Assembly (NCBI RefSeq): GCF_009914755.1
Contig: NC_060942.1
Source of the DNA: the human T2T-CHM13v2.0 reference genome, Homo sapiens
Direction: 5' to 3' (one strand)
DNA: 64,000 bases
Part shown: piece after piece, positions 53,117 through 64,000 of the stretch
How the letters are laid out: each line of letters starts with the position of its first letter
Position numbering within the stretch: the stretch's first letter is position 1
Notes under the pieces: generated by a model
Databases searched by the model: none
Seen by the model: only the letters and a program-made list of their open reading frames with translations
Told to the model about the DNA's origin: nothing
Program-made: the position numbers and the translations under genes

Positions 53117-54828
53117 GCCTGCAAAAGAAAGCCGTAAAGGAGGAATAGAAGATGAAAAGAAGCATGAGACAGATGGAAAACAAAAAGTAAGATGGCAAAC
53201 ATATATCCAATTTATCAATAATATTAAATGTGAATGGTTTAAATAATCCAATCAAAAGGCAGAGGTTTGTCATGCTTGATTTTTAAAAAACAAATCCAAG
53301 TATATGTTGTCTATAGAAGAGACACTTTAAATTCAAAGACACAAATAGATTAGGAGTAAAAGAATGGAAAAGGATACATTATGCAAACAGCAACCACAGG
53401 AAATCAGATGCTAATATGAGACATAATAGACTTTAAAACAAGTGTTATTAAAGAGGAAACTTTTTGGCTTCAGGAAGATATAACAATTAGAAACATATGC
53501 ACCTAAAAATGGAAAATCAAAATACAAAAGGAAAAACTGACAGAAACGAAGAGAGAAATAGACAATTCAACAATAATAGGTGGAGACGTCAATACCTCCT
53601 TTTCAATAATGAAGAGAACAACTAGGCATAAGATGAAAACATAATAGAAGACTCAAGCAGCACTATAAACCAACTAGATTTAACAGACATGTGTAGAACA
53701 CTCCATCTAACAACAATAATATACATTCTTAAACACACATGGAATATTTTTCAGGGTATGTAAGGCCATAACACTTCAACACATTTACAAGGATGGAAAT
53801 AATACAAACAAAATATGTTCTCTGCTTACAATACAATAAAATGTGAAAGTAATGAGAAAATTTGGGAAACTCACAAATATGTGGAAATCGAACTATACAC
53901 TCCTAGATAACCAATGGGCTACAGAAGGAATCAAAAGAAATTCAGAAAGTACTTTGAGACGAGTAAAAGTCAAGGTACAATATACCAAAACTTATGGGAT
54001 CCAGTTGAAGCAGTGCTTAGAGGCAAATTTGTAGCGGCAAATTTGTAGCTGCAAATGACTATATTAAGAAAGCTAAAAGATCTAAAATCAATAACTTAAT
54101 ATTTCACCTTAAAACACTGGAAAGGAGGAAAACACTAAACCTAAAGTAAGCAGGAAGAAGAAAATAATAAAGATTACAGTGGAAATGAATAGAATGAAAT
54201 CAAGAACAGAACTGCAATAGAAAAAAAGCAATATAACACAAAGTTGGTTTTTTGAAGCAATAAATCACATTGACAAATCACTAGCTGGTTTGACTAAGGA
54301 AAAGAAGAAAGTATACTAGAATGGAGAATATACTAAAATCATAAAAGAAAGGGGGAACATTATTACTGACCTTCCAGAAATAAAATGGATTATAAAGGAA
54401 TACTATGAACAATTATATATTAACAAATTAGAAAATAGATGAAATGGAAAAATTTCTAGAAAGACAAACTACTGGAATCGACTCAAGAGAAATAGACAAT
54501 CTGAATTTATCTATAACAAGTGAAGAGATTGAATCAGTAATCAAAAAACTACCTGCAAGGAAAAGCCCAGGCCTAAATGGCTTCACCACTCAATTCTACC
54601 AAACATTTGAGGAATTAATACCAGTTCTTCACAAACTCTCCCCAAAAATAGAAAGGAAAACTTTCCATCTCATTCTTTGAGTTCGGTAATACCCTGATAA
54701 CCAAAACCAGATGAAGATATCACAAGAAAATTACAGACCAATATTTCTTATGAATATGGATGCAAAAATCCTCAATAAAATCCCAGCAAGGCCAGGTGCG
54801 GTGGCTCATGCCTGTAATCCCAGCACTA

Positions 54829-55269
<441 letters not shown>

Positions 55270-55894
55270 TCAAAAGTATCATGGAGGCCAGGGTTGGTGG
55301 CTCACGCCTATAACCCCAATACTTTGGGAGGCCAAGGCCGGGGGATTGCTTGAGTTCAGAAGTTTGAGACTGGCTTGGGCAACATAGCGAGAACTCATCT
55401 GTACCAAAAATTTTTAAAACTTAGCCAGACATGGTGATGCACACCTATAGTCCCAGTACCTGGGAAGCTATGGTGGGAGGATCACTTGAGCCCAGGAGAT
55501 CAATGCTGCAGGGAGCTAGAGACAGATCCTGTCTCAAAAAAAAAAAAAGTATCATGTATACATATATATGTGGCTATTTAAAAAGCCACATATTTGCCCA
55601 GGCAAGATGAATGCTCAGGAAAGACTTGAGAAGACCATAAGTTTTCACCTCAGGCTAATCCCTAGGCTTAGGACAAGCCTAGTTAAGTGTTGAAGGAGGG
55701 CCCTAACACAAAGTCAACCTGCGAAGACTGGGAGAGGGCTGTTGATTTTTTAGTTCCTGGTACTCCAGGAAACTTGTCAAAACATCAGCTGAACACTAGT
55801 TAAGGAAGAGACTTCAGTGACCATATACAACAAGGAATAGTCTTTGCAAAAATAGTTTGGGAAATCACTAACTGAGTAGACTACTACAGCCTTA

Positions 55895-55935
55895 ACACAT
55901 ACACATACGCGCACACACACACACACACACACACA
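55895..55935 (+). repeat. (CA)n microsatellite
   Basis: Read directly from the sequence. Confidence 0.9.
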
Positions 55936-57338
55936 GAGCAAACTTTAGGGAGGAGATTCTCAGAGTTGTCACATTGTAGTATTATACTATTCAAATGTTC
56001 AGTTAACAACGACAACAATCACAAAGCATACAAAGAAACAGGAAACTGTCGTTCATTTAATGGAATAATAAATGGACAAAAACTGTCCCTGGGAAAGTCC
56101 AGATCAGACTTATTATACAAAGACTTTAGCCGGGTACGGTGGCTCATGCCTGTAATCCCAGCACTTTGGGAGGCCGAGGCAGGCAGATCACAAGGTCAGG
56201 AGATCAAGACCATCCTGGCTAACATGGTGAAACCCCGTCTCTACTAAAAATACAAAAAAAAATTAGCCGGGCGTGGTGGCGGGCGCCTGTAGTCCCAGCT
56301 ACTCAGGAGGCTGAGGCAGGAGAATGGCGTGAACCCAGGAGGCAGAGCTTGCAGTGAGCAGAGATTGCGCCACTGCACTCCAGCCTGGGCGACAGAGCAA
56401 GACTCTGTCTCAAAAAAAAAAAAAAAAGACTTTAAACCAATTATCTTAAATATGCTCAAAGAGTTAAAGGAAAACATGGACAAAGAACTAAAGGAAATCA
56501 GAAAACAATGTATGAACAAAATGAGAATATCAGTGAAGATAAACTGTAAAAAGGAACCAAAGAGAAGTTCTTGAGATTAAAAAGTATAATAACTGAAATA
56601 AAAAACTCACTAAGAGAGTACAACAGCAGTCGTAAGCACAAAAATGAAAAAAAATCAGTGATCATGAAGGACACTTGAAATTATTGCATCTGAGGAGCAG
56701 ATAGAAACACAAACAATGAAGAATATTTTAAGAAATAATGGCCCAAAGTTCCCAGATTAGATGAAATACATGAATCTACAAATCCAAAATGCTCAATGAA
56801 CTCTAAGTAGGATAAACTCTAACAGAGCCACACCATGACACATTATAATCACACTGTTGAAAAACAAAGGAGAAGAATTTTGAAAGACACAAGAGAGAAG
56901 TGGCTCATTACATATAAGTAATCCTCAATAAAATTGACAGCGGATTTCTCATCAGAAACCATTGATGCCATGGGTTGAGATGGCATATATAAAGTGATAA
57001 AAGGAAAAAAAATCAATCAGGAATTATATATACAGCAAAACTTTTCTTTAAAAAAGGGAGAAATTAAGACATTCCAGTTAAACAAAGGCTGACGGAGTTC
57101 TTTACTACCAATCTTGCTCTACAACAAATGATAAAGGGAGTCCTTCAGGTTGCAATAAAATAATGCTAGACAGTTAAAGCCATATAAAGAAATAAAGATC
57201 TCAAGTAGAGGTAAATGCATGGACAAATATAAAAGCCAGTGTTCTACTTTTTGTTTGTAACTATAATTTTTATTTCCTACAGGATTTAAGTACAAATGCA
57301 TGAAAAATAATTATGAATTGGCTGGATATGGTGGCTCA

Positions 57339-57853
<515 letters not shown>

Positions 57854-57956
57854 TCACACCTGTAATCCCAGCACTTTGGGAGGCCGAGGCAGGTGGATCA
57901 CGAGGTGAGGAGATTGAGACCATCCCGGCTAAAACGGTGAAACCCTGTCTCTACTA

Positions 57957-58181
<225 letters not shown>

Positions 58182-58206
58182 CTATTGAGGTTAAGTTGGT
58201 AACTAC

Positions 58207-59038
58207 TGTGATACTGTGATTTAGAGTAAGAAATACATAGTTGGTCTTCCCTCCCTCCCCATTTTCTGGTACACAGTTCCTAAAATCCTCGGAATGTCTT
58301 AAGTGATAAATGTCTTTTTGTATGCTAATGAGATGACTGGTGGCTGGGTGCACCTGGAAAGCCTCAGGATGGGGGCTGATTGCCAAAAGAACTCTCCCAA
58401 TATCTGGGGAAGACAGAGCAACTGAAGTTTGAGATAATTGCCAGTGGCCAATATTATCAGTTGTGCCTATCTAATGAAGCCTCCATTAAAAAAAAAAAAA
58501 AAAGAAAAAAAGAAAAGGACAGAGTTTAAAGAGTTTCTGGATTGCTGAACACTTGGAGGTGCCTGGAAGATAGTGTGCCTGGAGAGGGCATGGGAGGTCT
58601 ATGCCTCTTCCCACATACCTTGCCCTATGTATTTCTTCATCTGTATCCTTTGTAATATATTTATAACAAACCAGTAAATACAAGTTTCCTGAGTCGTGTG
58701 AGCCTTCTTAGAAAATTAACTGAAACTAAGGATGTGGTCATTGGAACTCCAATTTATAGCCACTTGGACAGAAAAATAGGTGACAAGCTACTACTTGTAC
58801 TTGGCATATGAAAGGGCAGGCTATCCCGTGCAATTGAGCCCATAACCTGTGGGCTCTGACTCTAACTCCAAGTAGATAGTATCACTGTTGAATTGACTTG
58901 TAGGACACCCAGTTGCTGTCTACTGGAGAATCGCGTGGTGTGTGGGGAAAAACTTCCACATATTTTGGTGACCAGAAGTGAAGTATTCTGTGATGAGTGT
59001 GTGATGGCAGGAAAGCTACTTCATTTTTTTCTATCTCA
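58207..59038. mobile_element. MER21-like LTR
   Basis: tgtgatactgtgat...tatgctaatgagatgactgg...cctcaggatgggggctg resembles the MER21 consensus. Confidence 0.7.
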
Positions 59039-59905
59039 AATGCTATTCAAATTATATTGTCATATATTTAGAAAGTTAAATGCAAACTTCATGTGAACAA
59101 CAAAGAAGATATCTTAAAAAAAAACCTACATAGATAAATGAGGAGGGAATCAAAATCGTTCCCCACAAATGAAAAAAAAAAAAAAAAAACCAACCAACCA
59201 AACAAAAAAAAAACTCAACTAAACACAAGGAAGTATTGGAGGAAATGAGGGACAAATGTATAAGACTACAGAACATAGCAAAATGGCAAAAGTAATCCTC
59301 AGAAATTACCTTAAATGTAAATGTAAATGGATTAAACTCCTCAATTAAATAGGAGCAGTGGCTCAAACCTGTAATCCCAGCACTTTGGGAAGCCAAGGCG
59401 GGAGGATTGCTTGAGCCCAGGAGTTCAAGACTAGCCTGGGCAACACGGCGCAACCTTGTCTCTACAAAAAACAAAAAAAAATTAGCTGGGTGTGGTGGTG
59501 CACACCTGTGCTCCTAGCTGTTTGGGAGGCTGAGGCAGGAGGATTTCTTGAGCCCAGAAGGTTGAGGCTGCAGTGAGCCATGATTGTACCACTGTACTCA
59601 AGCCTGGGCTGCAGAGACAGAGAGATCCTGTCTTAAAATTTAAAAAACTAATCACAGTACTTTGGGAGGACAAGATGGGTGAATTGCTTGAGGTCAGGAA
59701 TTCGAGACCAGCCTGGGCAATATAGTGAGACCCAGTCCCTGCAAAAAACACAAAAATTAGCCAGATGTGGTGGTGCATGCCTGTAATTCCAGCTACTCGG
59801 GAGGCTGAGCTGGGAAGATTGCTAGAGCCTGAGAGGTTGAGGCTACAGTCAGCCTTGATTGCATAACTGCACTCCAGCCTAGGCAACAAAGTGAGATTCT
59901 GTCTC

Positions 59906-59937
<32 letters not shown>

Positions 59938-60911
59938 CCAACAGATATATCACATTAATAGAATGAATGAAAAAAAATCACATGATCATCTTAATGTAGT
60001 AAAGGAATTTAACAAAACCCAACATTCTTTCATGATAAAAACACTCAGAAAACTAGACATGGAAGGGAATGTTCTCAACATAATGAAAGGGCCTTTATGA
60101 AAAACCCACAGCTAACATTATATTCAATGATGAAAGACTGAAATTCTTCCCCTAAGATCAGGAACAAGACAAGAATGCTGCCTTCACAACTGGTATTCAA
60201 CATGGTACTGGAAGCACTAGCCAGAGCAATTAGACAAGTAAAAGAAAAAAAAGGCACTCAAATTAAAAAGGAATAAGCAAAACCATCTATTCTAAGTTAT
60301 GATCCTATATATGAAAATCCCAAGGAATCCACAAGAAAGCTATTAGACCTAATAAAGGAATTCAGCAGAGTTGTAGAGTACAAGATAAACATGCAAACAT
60401 CAGTTGAATTTCTAAACACTGGCAATAAATCAGAAAAGGAATTATGAAAGTGATTAATTATAATAGTATCTTCAAGAAGACAATACATAGAAATAAATTT
60501 AAACAATGAGCAGAAAGACTTGTACACTGAAAACTACAAATATTGCTGAAAGAAATTAAGGATCTAAATAAATGGACAAACACCCCATATTCTTAGGTAG
60601 GAAGACTGAATACTAAGACGTCAAAACCACCCAAGGTGATCTACAAAGTAAACACAATTCTTACCACAATAACAACAGCTTTTTTTCTTTTTTGCAAAAA
60701 AGGAAAATAGATCCTTATATTCATATGGAATTGCAAGGGGCACAGAAAAAAATCATCCTGAAAAAGAACAAAGTCAGAAGACTCACACTTCCTCATTTCA
60801 AACTTAATACAAACCTACTGTAATCAAAACAATGCAGTACTGGCATTAAGATAGATATACCAATGCAATGGAATTGAGAGTCCAGAAATAAACCCATACA
60901 TCTATTACCAA

Positions 60912-61195
<284 letters not shown>

Positions 61196-61849
61196 TGACA
61201 ATGGTACCAAGTCCCTTTGATGGGGGAAGAATAGACTCTTCAAAAAATAGTACTGGGAAAACTAGATTTCCACATGGGAAAGAATGAAGTTGGATGCCTA
61301 CCTCATACTGTAAGTAAAAATTAACTCAGAATGATCAACAGCCTAAATACAAGGGCTAAAATGATAAAACTCTTAGAATAAAATATGGGGGTAAATCATA
61401 ATGGCCTTGGAATCAGCAATAAATTCTTATATGTGACAACAAAAACACCAACACCAAAATTAAAAATAAATAAATTGGACTTCATCAAAACTCAAAACTT
61501 CTCTGCACCAAAGGACATTATCAAAAAAGTGAAAAAGCTAAGCTACAGAATAAGAGACATCATATATGATTCTCATATGTAAATCATATATCTCATAGGG
61601 ATTTAATATCCCAAATAGTTGAAGAGCTCCTAAAACTCAAAAACAAAAAGAAAATCCAATTGTTAAATGGGCAAAGGATTTGAACTGACATTACTCCAAA
61701 GAAAATATATAGCCAATAAACACATAAAAAGATGCTCAACATTCTTAGTTATTAGGAAGATGTAAATCAAAACCACAAAGAAATACCACTTCGCATCTAC
61801 TAGGATGTCTATAATTTAAAAAACAAAACACCTACAGAAAATAACAAGT

Positions 61850-62362
<513 letters not shown>

Positions 62363-62544
62363 AATTGGCAAGGGCATGGAGACATTGGAACCCTCATACA
62401 TTGCTGATGGGAATAAAAAAAATGGTGCCATTGCGATTCTTCAAAAAGATATAGTATAATTACCATATGATCTAGCATTTATACTCCTAGGAGTATACCT
62501 GAAGAATTGAAAACAGGGACAGAAATGGATACTTGTATGGCAAC

Positions 62545-63010
62545 AATATTAGTCACAGTTCTCCAGAGAAACAGAATCAATACAATATAAATACATAGTT
62601 ATATAAAAAGGGGGTTTATTATGGGAATTGGCTCATGCAATTATGAAGCCTGAAAAGTCCCACAAGATGCCACCTACAGTCTGGAAACACAGGAAAGCCA
62701 GTGGTATCATTTATTCCAAGTCTGAAGTCCTGAGAACCAGGGGAGACAATGGTGTCACTCCCACTCCATACACAAGACCTGAGAACCAGGGAGGCTGCTG
62801 ATGTATGTCCTGGGGGCGTCCAAAGTCCCAAGACTCAAGAGGTCCCATCTCCAAGGGTGAGAGAAGATGGATGTCCCAGCTCAAGGAGAAAAAGAGAGAG
62901 AAAAGAAAGAGAGAGAGAGAGACAGACAGAGAGAGAGAGTGAGGGAAAAAAAAGAGAGTTTGCCTATTTTTTTCTATTTGTTCCTTCAAGGGACCAGATG
63001 ATGCCCACCC
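62545..63010 (-). mobile_element. MLT2B-like ERV-L LTR (partial)
   Basis: tattagtcacagttctccagagaaacagaa...gaaaagtcccacaaga... resembles the MLT2B consensus in antisense. Confidence 0.75.
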
Positions 63011-64000
63011 AGCACATAGTTCTTTACCAGGTAGGCTGACCCCCCAGGGGGGTCATTCCTGAAGGGTCCGTGTCATTAGTCATGCCTGGATTGGGCTGTT
63101 GTTTTTCCATTGGTTTAATCACTGAGCACGGTAGTACCAACAGATGCCCTAATGGATCTCCTGTATTCTAGACATACTCTTCCCCACCTCCATGGTGGAG
63201 TAGTGTCCAATTTCCCCTTTGTACCCTGGATCAATCACCCCAGCCAGCACCGTAACTCCTTTCTGGACCTGTTGACTCAGAGGCATGAGGAGTCCAACGT
63301 GGCCAGATGGCAGTCTTAACTTCCAGCTCAGTGAAAGCATTGTTGTGTCTCCTGGTGGAAACACTACCCCCTTTGGAACCAAGGCTTCTGGGCCAGCAGA
63401 GGAAAAAGTTGTAGGAACAGGAAACAAAAATTGTGCTAGTGGATCACTAGGAGTAATCCCAGCCACCAGAGAAACAGCACTGTATATTGGACGCTGATTC
63501 GGAGCATATACAGCCTTCTGGAGAAACTTGCCCCAGGCCTGCAAGGTACTGCCACCTAGCTGGCCCTGTAACTGAGTTTTCCACAGGATATTTCACCATT
63601 CTGTCAAGCCAGCTGCTTCAGGACAGTGGGTAATAGGGTAAGACCAGTGAATTTAATGAGCATGAGCCCACTGCCACACATCTTTGGTGAGTTCTTTGGT
63701 CAGAAGCAATGCTGTGTGGCATGCCTTGATGGAAGATAAGGCATTCTGTAAGTCCTCAGATGGTAGTTTTGGCAGGAGCATTGCATGTTGGGGAGGCAAA
63801 TCCATATTCGGAGTAAGTGTCTATCCTAGTAAGAAGAAAACATTCCTCTTTTCATGATGAAGCGGTCCAATGTAATCAATCTGCCACCAAGTAGCTGGCT
63901 GACCATCTTGGAGAAGAGTGCCGTATCAGGGGTTCAGTGTTGACTTCTGGCAGGTTGGGCAGTAGCAGTGGCTATAGCCAGGATGGCCTTGGTGAGTGGA
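63011..64000 (-). mobile_element. ERV-L internal remnant (decayed integrase and dUTPase)
   Basis: ORF 63149..63544 gives WGKFLQKAVYAPNQRPIY (integrase C-terminal part) and WKLRLPSGHVGLLMPLSQQVQKGVTVLAGVIDPGYKGEI (ERV-L dUTPase motifs). Confidence 0.85.

Noticed and set aside
54444-54680. RT-like ORF as an active L1
   Set aside because: It is a short fragment of a heavily frameshifted and interrupted old L1.

Overview
Human (or great-ape) genomic DNA containing the 3' end of SMCHD1 on the + strand. SMCHD1 is the SMC-hinge chromatin repressor mutated in FSHD2 and BAMS, at 18p11.32. Fourteen GT-AG exons (2280-44187, equivalent to exons 35-48) splice into one uninterrupted 1672-nt frame that encodes the coiled coil, SMC hinge and C-terminus. 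A ~2.4 kb 3' UTR with several poly(A) signals follows. The introns and downstream ~17 kb are dense in repeats: >40 Alus, L1/L2/MIR relics, Tigger/hAT MITEs, MaLR LTRs, a full-length THE1 element with a perfect TSD, an MLT2/ERV-L remnant, and U13 snoRNA and Y1 RNA retrocopies. No new protein-coding gene is supported. The best leads are regulatory hypotheses: an antisense-facing THE1 LTR with an intact DUX4 motif just downstream of SMCHD1, a 5' splice site reconstituted at the exon 46/47 junction, and TE-derived candidate cryptic exons. Exon and residue numbering and repeat subfamily calls come from recall of the reference and consensus sequences; repeat boundaries are approximate.
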